Assembly (NCBI GenBank): GCA_963803975.1 | Contig: CAWDOY010000020.1 | Span: forward strand, 1 to 64,000 | Direction: 5' to 3' | DNA from: an uncultured delta proteobacterium | GTDB taxonomy: Bacteria; Desulfobacterota; WTBG01; CAIYCZ01 | Length of the DNA: 64,000 bases | Shown here: positions 44,047-54,150 of the stretch, piece by piece | How the letters are laid out: the number at the start of each line of letters is the position of its first letter | Position numbering within the stretch: the stretch's first letter is position 1 | Notes under the pieces: generated by a model | Seen by the model: only the letters and a program-made list of their open reading frames with translations | What the model was told of the DNA's origin: nothing | Database searches by the model: none | Made by a program: the position numbers and the translations under genes

Positions 44047-46014
44047 ATGAACCGACTAAAACGATTATTGCTGGGCGGTGCGCGCGACCCCAATGACCCC
44101 CACGTCTTCCATAAGCTCACGCTGATAGCCTTTTTTGCCTGGGTAGGCCTCGGCGCGGACGGATTAACGTCCTCATGCTACGGTCCGGAGGAAGCGTTTA
44201 TAACCCTGCAGGGCCATCATTTCCTCGGCATCTTCGTGGTGCTGGGCACCGTGCTCACCATAGTTATCATCAGCATGAGCTACTCCCAGATAATCGAGCT
44301 CTTTCCCTCCGGCGGCGGCGGCTACCTCGTTGCCAGCAAACTGCTGTCTCCTTCCGCGGGCATGGTTTCCGGATGCGCGCTGCTTATTGACTATATTTTA
44401 ACCATAACGCTCTCTATCGCCAGCGGGGCTGATGCAATCTTCAGCTTCTTTCCCCTGGAGTGGCTTCCCTATAAGCTGTGGCTTGCAGTCGGCGGCGTAA
44501 TCCTGCTTACCATCCTGAACATGCGCGGGGTGAAGGAATCCGTGCTGCCGCTGGTGCCGATATTTTTGATATTTATCGTGACCCACGCGTTTGTAATTTT
44601 TTACACCTTCATTACCCATCTTATAAATATCCCGGAAGTGATAACCGCTACTGCCCGCGATGTGCGGTCAGCACAGAGTGAACTCGGATTGGTCGGCATG
44701 ATTTTTCTGATCCTTCGCTCCTACAGCATGGGTGCCGGCACCTTTACCGGTATTGAAGCCGTGAGCAACGGGCTGCCGATACTGCGCGAACCAAAGGTGG
44801 AAACCGCAAAGCAGACCATGCGCTATATGGCGGGGTCGCTTGCGTTTATGGTGGTGGGCATCATGGGTGGCTACATTCTCTACCGGCTGGAACCGGTTGC
44901 AGGCAAAACCCTCAATGCCGTGCTGCTGGAAAATGTCACCCGGAACTGGCCCGCCAATCTGGGGTATTATTTTGTCCTGATAACGCTTGCGTCCGAGGCA
45001 GTGCTCTTATTTGTGGCTGCCCAGACCGGCTTTCTTGACGGCCCGCGGGTCCTTTCCAACATGGCGCTTGACCGCTGGTTCCCCACCCGGTTTGCCATGC
45101 TCAGCGACCGGCTGGTAAACCAGAACGGCATCCTCATCATGGGCGTCATATCACTGGTCATGATGATTCTGTCAGGCGGCTCGGTACGGTTCCTCGTCGT
45201 GCTCTACAGCATCAACGTGTTTGTCACCTTCTCCCTTTCCCAGCTCGGCATGGTGCGTCACTGGTGGAACTGCAGGCAGCAAGAGGCCAAATGGATAAAA
45301 GGTTTAAGCATTAACGGCATCGGTCTCATGCTTACCACGTTTGTTCTGATTTCGGTTATTATCCTGAAGTTTTATGAAGGCGGCTGGATCACCGTAGCAG
45401 TAACCGGTTCGCTGGTTACCATTGCCATCACCACAAAACGGCATTACGCGAACACCGCCAAGCTGCTGCAAAGACTTGACGACCTGGTGCTCCCCATTGT
45501 GTCGACCTTGAAGCAGGATACAGCAAATAAAGTCAAACCTGCTCCGGAATGTAATCTTAATGCCATGACCGCGGTGCTCTTAGTCAGCGGCTTTAACGGG
45601 CTCGGGCTGCATACCATGTTCAGCATCCTGCGGCTGTTCGGCAACACCTTTAAAAATTTTGCCTTTGTGCAGATCGGCTCCATTGATGCAGGAAGTTTCA
45701 AGGGCGAGTCAGAGATGGAACGCCTGCACACGAGCACAAGACATGACGTGGACCTGTATGTTAAGTACATGAAGGAAAACGGCTTTTACGCGGAGAGTTT
45801 TTATTCGGTCAGCACCGATGTTGTGGAGGGGATCCTTGCATTAACCCCGGCCATCCTGAAACAATTCCCCCAGGCAATCTTCTTCGGCGGCCAGCTGGTG
45901 TTCCCGGAAGATTCCTTTTACAGCAGGCTGCACCATAACTACCTGGTATTTACCCTGCAGAGAAAACTCTACCATCAGGGCATTCCTTTTGTTATACTCC
46001 CCATACGCGTATAA
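44047..46014 (+). CDS. APC-superfamily transporter, KimA/YdaO-like potassium importer
   Basis: 'ADGLTSSCYG', 'PSGGGGY', 'DYILT', 'TGIEAVSNG', 12 TM helices plus a C-terminal cytoplasmic domain. Confidence 0.8.
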   Translation: MNRLKRLLLGGARDPNDPHVFHKLTLIAFFAWVGLGADGLTSSCYGPEEAFITLQGHHFLGIFVVLGTVLTIVIISMSYSQIIELFPSGGGGYLVASKLLSPSAGMVSGCALLIDYILTITLSIASGADAIFSFFPLEWLPYKLWLAVGGVILLTILNMRGVKESVLPLVPIFLIFIVTHAFVIFYTFITHLINIPEVITATARDVRSAQSELGLVGMIFLILRSYSMGAGTFTGIEAVSNGLPILREPKVETAKQTMRYMAGSLAFMVVGIMGGYILYRLEPVAGKTLNAVLLENVTRNWPANLGYYFVLITLASEAVLLFVAAQTGFLDGPRVLSNMALDRWFPTRFAMLSDRLVNQNGILIMGVISLVMMILSGGSVRFLVVLYSINVFVTFSLSQLGMVRHWWNCRQQEAKWIKGLSINGIGLMLTTFVLISVIILKFYEGGWITVAVTGSLVTIAITTKRHYANTAKLLQRLDDLVLPIVSTLKQDTANKVKPAPECNLNAMTAVLLVSGFNGLGLHTMFSILRLFGNTFKNFAFVQIGSIDAGSFKGESEMERLHTSTRHDVDLYVKYMKENGFYAESFYSVSTDVVEGILALTPAILKQFPQAIFFGGQLVFPEDSFYSRLHHNYLVFTLQRKLYHQGIPFVILPIRV

Positions 46015-46201
46015 TCTCTAAACAACAGCCTACCGGACAAGTCCGAGGAGCGCATTTATGCATGCGACTGAAACACAGCCGAAGCGGATTGAGTTTGCGG
46101 CTAAAGCAACTCATGACAGCAAAATTTTCTTCAGTCAGAATTTTGATTTTTCGTTCATTTTTGCAGAAACCTAAACTAAGAGCCTAACGGAGACCGACAA
46201 G

Positions 46202-46921
46202 ATGGTGCCATTCCTGCTGCAAGCCAAGACCATAGCCGATGCCTGGTTTCAGTTGCTTTATAATATTTTTGATCATTGCTATACGCAGACCATACAGAAG
46301 GGCTCTTTTGAGCATGATCAGTATCGCCTCCAGTATCCCGGCATTGCCGTCTTTATAGAGCATCCGGATGAGGACATGATTCCCGTCATTCCTCCGGGCC
46401 TTGGTATCCCATCGCCGACCACCATGGGGTATATTGAGGACTATTTTGTGAATTACCTGATGAATCCCCGGCTCTCGGAAAATGAAACCTACCGCTATGC
46501 CAGCAGAGTCCACCACCCCATGCCGCAGGGCGGCACCCAGCTTGAGCGGGCGATAGCACTGCTCAAAGAGACGCCGCTTACCAATCAGGCTATCGTTGAG
46601 ATAGGTTCACCGGAAGATTACGACACCTGCATCGGCAAAGACGGCAAGCTTGATCCGCCGTGCCTGCGGCTGCTTGATTTTAAAGCAATACCGCAGGGGG
46701 ATGAGCTGATCCTGTCGGTCAGCTGCTACTTCCGGTCCTGGGACCTGTGGGCGGGATTTCCCACCAACCTTGGCGGCATAGAATTGCTGAAAAAATATGT
46801 GGCTGATGAGGCAGGTCTTAAAGACGGCCCCATCTACGCGTACAGCGCGGGCGCGCATATCTACGGCTACCAGGAAGAGCTGGCCCGCATACGGACACTG
46901 AAACAGAAAAAAACTGGTTAG
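46202..46921 (+). CDS. thyA: Thymidylate synthase (short, archaeal/deltaproteobacterial-type ThyA)
   Basis: 'PPCLR', 'YFRSWDL..GFPTN', 'AHIY'. Confidence 0.75.
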   Translation: MVPFLLQAKTIADAWFQLLYNIFDHCYTQTIQKGSFEHDQYRLQYPGIAVFIEHPDEDMIPVIPPGLGIPSPTTMGYIEDYFVNYLMNPRLSENETYRYASRVHHPMPQGGTQLERAIALLKETPLTNQAIVEIGSPEDYDTCIGKDGKLDPPCLRLLDFKAIPQGDELILSVSCYFRSWDLWAGFPTNLGGIELLKKYVADEAGLKDGPIYAYSAGAHIYGYQEELARIRTLKQKKTG

Positions 46922-47041
46922 TTGGTGAATCGATAATAGGTGAATCGTTAAATAAAATTATACGCATCCAGTTTTTTTTCACTTCGATTTATTTCACTTA
47001 TTCACTATTCACTATTCACTGTTTATCAGGAAACACACTTT

Positions 47042-48900
47042 ATGGCTTTGAAGAGATTCGTAGAGGAACAGCGGCAGATCATTCTGCACACCGAGGGCAT
47101 GATCTGCTCAACACCGCACCAGTTAACTGGACAGCGAGGAGCTGGAACGGATTGTAGCTCTGTACATTAAAAAGCATGTCAAACAGAACTCCCAGCTGCA
47201 GGCCATTCTGGACATGGAGGTGTTTAATAAACCCGGCGGGATTACCATCACCGGGCTGCTCAGATTTCTTGCCGACCATCCCCTGGAAGAGTTCGTCCGC
47301 AGCTACCCGGAGGCGCAGCCGTTACTGGAGCCGCGCACACGCAACAGCCTCCTCATCTTTGTTGAAGAGCTGTACAACTTCTGGCGCACCTTTGACCGCT
47401 TCATGGTGCTCCATTCTGAACCCGGCCCCAGCAGCTTTGATCAGCGCCCCTATCGTTCATTTAATGCCACCATGGGAACACTGACCAACCTGATTCGCGG
47501 GGTGTACCGGGATGTCTGCGAGAACCTCACCGGGGACCACCCCCGCATTTACCGTCAGGTCACGGCAGGTTGTAATGTCGGGCTCATTGCCGTCCCCCGG
47601 AACTGCACCCTGCCTGAGCCATACGCTGCCATTTTAGGTGATGTCCCGTTCATCAGGCAGGTGCTGATCAACCCGCCCATGATCATCGACCCGCCCATGA
47701 ACACGCGCTCCGGGCAGTTTAAAAAAATCCCGCAGAACCCGCTCAAAAGCATCGTGCTTAATAAAGACAGCTGGCTCTGCTATCCCGCGCTGGTCGGGCC
47801 GCTGGTCATTTTCATCTACGTGCACCAGCGCTTCGTGAGCCTTGGCTGCGCCCTCGCCAACCTGTTTGAAATTGCAACCGACGAGCAGATCGAAAAAGGT
47901 CCGGATGCCGTCTTTGCCTACGGCGTTCCCCCCGAATCCCTGCAGGAATACGGCACCCTGCCGACCGTGTTTTACGATGATGAGGAGAGCAGGCTGCTGG
48001 TCGCCGCCATTCCCGGGGAAGACCGGTTCGGCTACTTCGGCTACTTCAAGAAGATGGTCCTCACCCTGCACAATATCATCATCATGAAGCAGGGCCGCCT
48101 GCCGTTCCACGGGGCCATGGTCCACATCCTGCTTAAAAGCGGCGTTTCAGCCAACGTGCTGATCATCGGCGATACCGGTGCCGGGAAATCAGAAACCCTG
48201 GAAGCGCTGCGCATCCTCGGCGATGACTATATCAGCGAGCTGCGCATCATCGCCGATGACATGGGTTCCCTTGCCGTCAGCAGGCACCACAAGCAGATAC
48301 TCGGCTACGGGACTGAGATCGGCGCCTTTGTGCGGCTTGATGACCTGCAGAAGGGCTATGCCTTCGGCCAGATTGACCGCACTATTATCATGAGCCCGCA
48401 GAAGGTGAACGCGCGCGTGGTGCTCCCGGTCACAACCCTTGATGAAGTGCTTCACGGCTATCAGGCGGATATAATCCTCTATGCCAACAACTACGAAGAA
48501 GTTGACGAGGACCATCCCCTGCTGGATACCTTTTCCTCCTACCAGGAAGCCCTCCACGTATTCCGTGAAGGCACGACACTGGCAAAAGGCACCACCACCG
48601 CAACCGGGCTTGTCCACAGCTATTTTGCCAACATCTTCGGCCCGCCCCAGTATCGCGAGAAGCATGAACACCTTGCTGAGCAGACCTTCAGGGCTGCCTT
48701 TAAATACGGGCTCTATGTGGGGCAGCTGAGGACCAGGCTTGGCATCAAGGGCTATGAAACAGACGGCCCCCAGGAAGCAGCCAAAGCCCTGTTTGCCCTC
48801 ATTTCAGAGCTTAATAGAATAACTGAAACATGCATAATTGTTCTTGAATTTCCTGGACGGAATACCACTAAACCTCTCGCTTTGCTTCACCGATCAGATT
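47042..48900 (+). CDS. PEP carboxykinase-like P-loop protein (frameshift near the N-terminus; 3' end uncertain)
   Basis: 'GYFKKMVLTLHN', 'PFHGAM', 'GDTGAGKSE', 'ADDMG', 'FANIFGP'. Confidence 0.7.
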
Positions 48901-49201
48901 CTCATCAGCACGTTTGTCATCTCCTCGATCACCGTGTGGCCTCCCACGCCGCGTCGTACAGAATATCCGGTGCTTGTACCGATCATCCTCAAACAGCTCC
49001 ATTGCACTGCTTCTCCGTTGTTCCGGTATGCTTCGGAATGCGCATCGCCACGAACCGCATATAAAAAATAAGGACGGAACCTGTACCGGCTGCTGCCTGG
49101 ACAACGCTATTTTAGAAACGGAAATAAAACGGATTGAACAAAAAGAGCCAGTGCTGATTGAGACTCCGGCCACGTTTAAAGACACGGCCGGTAAAGAACG
49201 C

Positions 49202-49240
49202 AAGAAAGGCAGAACCAGATTAATTGGCTCTGCCTTTCTT
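49202..49240. terminator. Bidirectional terminator closing the peptide array
   Basis: AAGAAAGGCAGA-ACCAGATTAATTGGC-TCTGCCTTTCTT. Confidence 0.7.
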
Positions 49241-49272
49241 ATCTTCAGTATACTACCTTGTATAACTTCTTA

Positions 49273-49386
49273 TTACTGATATGTTGGACACGGGCTTGGT
49301 GAGCAGGTCTGTGCCGGGCCGAGTAATTCAATTATTTCGTCTTCTGAATACGTGATTACTTTTGGCGCTTCATATTCTTTTTTCAT
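49273..49386 (-). CDS. RiPP-like precursor peptide copy 4: MKKEYEAPKVITYSEDEIIELLGPAQTCSPSPCPTYQ
   Basis: Translated by hand; AGAGGA SD; differs from copy 2 by one amino acid and many synonymous changes. Confidence 0.85.
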   Translation of the reverse strand: MKKEYEAPKVITYSEDEIIELLGPAQTCSPSPCPTYQ

Positions 49387-49431
49387 GAGATAACATCCTC
49401 TTTCTTATCGCGTTTTACGCTGCACCATTCA

Positions 49432-50315
49432 TTATTTCCCAAACCCGAATATAAGCCGTGGCGTGGCGCTCTTTGGACCGTGCATGGCTGCAGTGCCGTT
49501 CAGGTCGATGTCTTCCAGCTTGTAGTAGTAGGTTTTCTATTCTGTGCATTGTCATCAATAAATTGATACGAAGCACCCACGGCTGCACCGGCTTTTGCCG
49601 GGATGATAGCATCATTTATTTTTATATATTCTCCATTTTCTGATTTCGCACGTAAAATGTTAAACCCGGCATTATCAATTTCTGTTGCGGTTTCCCAGAT
49701 AAGCGTAACTTTATTGTTGCCAGGCTTTGCTTCAAATGATGCAAGAGTAATGGCGGTTGCGACAGGAACTGGGATTCTGCCAGCTTCTGTGTCGTAATAA
49801 CCGACACTTAATCCGTCATATATCACAAACTCCGTTGCCGATCCGGTGTATATGAAACTAAATAGCGGAGTGTTCGTCGGGAATGTTCCGGATTCTTCGG
49901 GGCTAGCATTTATCTGTACGGCCTGGTAAGGAGGATCAAAACTTGACCAATCATATCCACCTAAAAAAAGATTACCACTTCCAGAGCTGCGTTTTCCTAA
50001 GTTAGAACCAAGATCTGTAACTGTACCAACTAAAATCTCTCCGGGAGTAAGTAATCGCTCAATAACTTCACCCGGAAGTGGATCACGCCATATTATTGGT
50101 TCAGCAGATATCAATAGGTCAAACATATCCCACTGGTACCAATTATTCTCATCTGCATCTCCAATATTGGTATTGTAAAGGAACGATACAGTGAATGTAT
50201 CAGGTGCAGACGATCGTTCGATCTTTATTGCATCGGTTATATTGGCTGCGTTTGCCACGCCGCCAACTACCAACATCATCATTACTACTGCACAAATTGT
50301 AATTAACTTTTTCAT
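49432..50315 (-). CDS. Secreted protein C: variable N-domain plus shared C-terminal domain (frameshift near 49530)
   Basis: Signal peptide MKKLITICAVVMMMLVVGGVANA; C-domain 'TAITLASFEA...W.TATEIDNAGFNILR...YYYKLEDID.NG...HGPKSATP'. Confidence 0.8.
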
Positions 50316-50367
50316 TTGAGTTTTCTCTCCCTGTTCCTTGTTAATGATACAGTTTTTTCTTAACAGA

Positions 50368-50430
50368 TCACTGATATGTCGGGCACGGGCTTGGGGAACA
50401 GGTCTGCGCAGGTCCAAGCATCTCTATAAT
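50368..50430 (-). pseudogene. Truncated precursor peptide copy 3 (..IIEMLGPAQTCSPSPCPTYQ*)
   Basis: 3' half identical in protein to the other copies; 5' half missing and joined to gene B. Confidence 0.8.
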
Positions 50431-51155
50431 AAAAATAGGTCATCCTGTTTTTGGCAATGTTATCGGTAAAAACATATTTTGCACCTTTGGTTGCAGAACC
50501 CTTTGCAGGAATTATCTCGTCATTGAGTTTCACATATTCTCCATCCGCTGCCTCTGCACGCAGGATATTAAATCCTGCATTGTCTATCTCTGATTCTGTT
50601 ACCCATTCAAGTTTTACGCGGCTGTTGCTTGCCTTGGCAGTGAATAATGATAACTCTATAACGGTGGGAGTAAATGGATCGGCGCAACCACCACCACCAC
50701 CAAACATATCACCATCAAAGTCAATTTTGATTGCGTTGGCACCTGGGCAAACAAGATTTGCATTAAGGTCTGTACTCTTGCCATATTCTAATGTCCAGTC
50801 TCCACTGCTGGAAAAATTTGAGTTGTAGAAACATTAGCTGGATAAGCCGGAATAATACATGGATAAGGAATACACTCATAATTGGGTGGGTCATCACAAC
50901 CTGTATAACAAGTGCCTTCTGAGCTTCACTACCTGTGAAAAAAACCAAACTGGTGCTACCCACACCAGCATAAATATTAAAAGTTATATCACAGCGTCCT
51001 CCGATTATATGAGTCTTTGTGACATCTGTGCGGAAATCTGTTGTTGATGTTTCAATTCTAAACAATCTATCCTGCGTAAAGTCATCAATAACTACTGCCT
51101 GGGCAAATCCTGCTGCACAAAAAATAATAGCTGCTGCGAGTAATAGTTTCTTCAT
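50431..51155 (-). CDS. Secreted protein B: variable N-domain plus shared C-terminal domain (frameshifted, 3' end deleted)
   Basis: Signal peptide MKKLLLAAAIIFCAAGFAQA; 'PTVIELSLFTA...EWVTESEIDNAGFNILR...AKNRMTYFY'. Confidence 0.75.
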
Positions 51156-51217
51156 GCGTCCTCCCCCGTGAGTTAAAATTCGTTGTCAGTTCTGTTTTAA
51201 TAGACCTACTGTTTTGA

Positions 51218-51331
51218 TTACTGATACGTTGGGCAAGGACTTGGTGAACAGGTCTGTGCAGGTCCAAGCATCTCTATAATTTCATCTTCTGAATAGGTGA
51301 TTACTTTGGGTGCTTCATATTCTTTTTTCAT
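51218..51331 (-). CDS. RiPP-like precursor peptide copy 2: MKKEYEAPKVITYSEDEIIEMLGPAQTCSPSPCPTYQ
   Basis: Translated by hand; GAGAGGA SD. Confidence 0.85.
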   Translation of the reverse strand: MKKEYEAPKVITYSEDEIIEMLGPAQTCSPSPCPTYQ

Positions 51332-51363
51332 GGGTAATTTCCTCTCTTAAATTAATTTATTTT

Positions 51364-52246
51364 TTACTTATCAAATATTCCAAGCATAAACTTCGGCGTT
51401 GCGCTTATCGGGCCATGAGGTGTACCTACACCATTGACGTCTACATCCTCTAAAATATAGTAATACGTTTTCCTGTTCTTTGCAGTTCTATCTATATAAG
51501 AATATTTTGCTCCATCTGTTGCAGAGCCTTTTGCCGGTATCAACTCAGCATTTATCGGCATATACGTTCCCATTTCTGTTTCTGAACGATAGATATTGAA
51601 TGATACATTATCAATTTCTGATTCTGTTTCCCAATTAAGTTTTACGTGGGCATTGCTTGCCTTTGCAGTAAATGAAGATAATGTAATTAAAGTTGTTTGC
51701 TGTGTAGCAAAAAATGCACTGTTTGCTGTATACGTAAACCGCCGTCATATGTAAAATCAGCAATATGGGCAGGCAAAGGTATATCCTTGATTTGTTTTTA
51801 ACATCAACATCGCCTTCTCGCCAGATCTACCGCAACTGCTGCAAACGGTAAGATAAGAGGATCCTGTCTTGTACCCTCCGGTAGGTGTCTGTACTCTTCA
51901 ACAAATATACCAAATTCTGACATGTTCTATATGTCTTTTCATGCCCAGCCAGCTGGCATAGTCAATCAATTTCAAACAATTGGTATTACCATTATAATTG
52001 AATCCAAACGCCTGAATACCAAAATTTGTCAGCCGGTAATAGGATTGTCTGATTTGCGTCTGCTTTAATTTGACACCATCAGTGCTCCAGGCAGGTGATT
52101 GGGCTGTAGAGTAACAGTTAATCCACCCATATGTTTCCATCAGGAAAGCAGACATTTGACTCATCGATTGGAATGGGCCCAATAACGGCAAATGCCATGG
52201 TGGTGGAAAGAAACATAATCCCTAATGCAATAATAATTTTTTTCAT
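51364..52246 (-). CDS. Secreted protein A: variable N-domain plus shared C-terminal domain (frameshifted)
   Basis: Signal peptide MKKIIIALGIMFLSTTMAFA; 'TTLITLSSFTA...NWETESEIDNVSFNIYR...YYYILEDVDVNG..HGPISATPK'. Confidence 0.75.
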
Positions 52247-52275
52247 ACTATGTACCCCTCTCTATGTTTGGAAAA

Positions 52276-52398
52276 TTATTGATACGTTGGGCACGGGCTT
52301 GGTGAACAGGTCTGTGCCGGTCCAAGCATCTCTATTATTTCGTCTTCTGAGTAGGTGATTACTTTTGGTGCTTCGTAGGTTGCTTTCTTTTCTTTCAT
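52276..52398 (-). CDS. RiPP-like precursor peptide copy 1: MKEKKATYEAPKVITYSEDEIIEMLGPAQTCSPSPCPTYQ
   Basis: Translated by hand; GGAGAGG SD; TTGACA/TATAAC promoter-like sequence at about 52478-52507. Confidence 0.85.
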   Translation of the reverse strand: MKEKKATYEAPKVITYSEDEIIEMLGPAQTCSPSPCPTYQ

Positions 52399-52736
52399 AA
52401 CTTACCCTCTCCCCTTTGCGTTTGATTGTGGTTGATATTTAGCGATATAAATCTGGATATTTTTACAGTTAATGGCAGTTATAATTCAAAACAATAACTA
52501 ATGTCAAGATAAATTTTGCGACTTTATAATAACAATAAATAAAATTTAGTATAATATTGACTCCAAATATACTCTTTATTGAACGATTTTTAAATATTTC
52601 GACTGATATTTCTCTTGAAATGATAAAAATCAGAAATAATCAAGCATATTAGATTGCGCACAATGGAGATATGTTTCATAATAAAATCAGGTTAGTGAGC
52701 AATGCACATTCATCCCGTTTAAAATATTTTTTTAAG

Positions 52737-53588
52737 ATGCGCCTATTAATTAAAATATTCCTGATTATTTTCTTTTGTTTTACCATTGCTTTTTATGTTT
52801 TTAACAAACCCTACATGCCAGGCATTGATGCCATTACCGGAGGGACTAAAATGATAAATTCCTACAGCGCCCAGGCAGGACAAAAAAAAGAATTACCTCC
52901 CATTGATTCCGCCATACCCGCAAAGACAGAAACAGCGACCTTTGCTCTCGGGTGATTCTGGGGACCTGATTCCCGGTTCGGGAGCATTGATGGCGTAATC
53001 AGGACGCGCGTTGGATACTCTGGCGGCACCAGGAAAAATCCCACCTACTATAGCCTTGGCGATCATACTGAGACTTTCCAGATAGATTACGACCCTGCCA
53101 GAATAACCTACGGGCAGCTCCTGGATATTTTCTGGCACAGTCACCAGCCGGACAGGAAATCCTGGTCCCGGCAGTATATGGCGGCTGTTTTTTACCATAC
53201 GGATGAGCAAAAAAAGCTGGCCCTGCAGACACGTGATCAGGAAGCCAATCGTCTGGGAACAAAAATCTATACTGAAATTCTTCCCGCGACCGCGTTTTAC
53301 CTGGCTGAAGCGTATCATCAGAAATACTATCTGCGGCAGGTGCCTGAGCTGGTGAAAGAATTCTCTGTTCTGTATCCCGATCTGAATGCTTTTATTGCGT
53401 CAACAGCCGTGTCCCGCGTGAACGGCTATATAGGCGGGTATGGTTCATTGCAGAGTCTGCAGAAAGAAGCAGCTGGCCTCGGCCTTTCGCCGGCTGGAAG
53501 TAAAAGGCTCTTTGAAATTGTTCAGGCACTGGACAAAAACAGCCGCTATGCTGCGCGCGGCAGCGCTTTCTGCCCAGTCCCTTTGTAA
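52737..53588 (+). CDS. msrA: Peptide methionine-S-sulfoxide reductase, selenoprotein (UGA at 52953-52955 read as Sec)
   Basis: 'TFALG-UGA-FWG' replaces the catalytic GCFWG Cys; the frame continues through 'GYSGG...HTE...AEAYHQKYY'; hairpin about 15 nt after the UGA. Confidence 0.85.
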
Positions 53589-53601
53589 TGCGCAGCGCTG
53601 A

Positions 53602-53916
53602 TTAAAACCTGCCGCGTTTTTTAAAGCCGCCACCACCGCCGCCTGGCCGTCCCGGCTTTCTTTCTTCATCCCGCGGCCTGGCTTCGTTTACGACAATGCT
53701 CTTGTCAGCGAGTTTGCCGCCGTTGAATCTCTCGATGGCTTCCTGGGCTTCTTTTTCAGTACCCATCTCAACAAAGCCGAAGCCCCGCGAGCTGCCGGTA
53801 AATTTATCTTTAATGATCACCGCAGACACAACTTTTCCGACTTTTTCAAAGTTTTCTTTCAGGTCTTCCTGCGTCACTTCCGGTGCCAGATTGCCGACAT
53901 ATAGATTCTTACCCAT
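53602..53916 (-). CDS. RRM (RNP-1) RNA-binding protein with Gly-rich tail
   Basis: RNP2 'LYVGNL', RNP1 'RGFGFVEM', 'VNEARPR'. Confidence 0.92.
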   Translation of the reverse strand: MGKNLYVGNLAPEVTQEDLKENFEKVGKVVSAVIIKDKFTGSSRGFGFVEMGTEKEAQEAIERFNGGKLADKSIVVNEARPRDEERKPGRPGGGGGGFKKRGRF

Positions 53917-53963
53917 AATATCTCCTTAGCTCGTAGTGCTGGTTATGGTTATTTATGTAAAAC

Positions 53964-54024
53964 AAAAGCCCGTGGACCGATAGCAAGTCCATGGGCTTAT
54001 AAAAAGCTTTCAAGGGCTTCTATG
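53964..54024 (-). promoter_or_regulatory. Conserved leader RNA/attenuator of RRM gene 1
   Basis: CATAGAAGCCCTTGAAAG box, then hairpin AAGCCCATGGAC-TTGCTATCG-GTCCACGGGCTT and a T-run. Confidence 0.65.
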
Positions 54025-54150
54025 TCATTATGAACTGTACATCCGCAACCTGCCGAATGTTATTATAAAAAAGGTATCATTAATCCCCCTGCATGTCAAA
54101 TTATTATACCGTGCAGGTTTTTTCGTGTGTTTCTATAATAAAATTATGTA

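Noticed and set aside
46202..46921. ThyA-like gene as a DNA hypermodification (dCMP hydroxymethylase) enzyme
   Set aside because: It keeps the dUMP-specifying Asn (FPTN) and has no modification-cluster neighbours.
48830..49279. Extended C-terminus of the PEPCK-like ORF and short overlapping ORFs
   Set aside because: No recognisable motifs; probably read-through from an indel, or a small frameshifted gene that cannot be resolved here.
49273..52398. Repeats interpreted as a CRISPR array or integron attC sites
   Set aside because: Units are 60-120 bp, about 1 kb apart, translate to a conserved peptide with synonymous variation, and lack attC-type palindromic ends; no cas or intI gene in the window.
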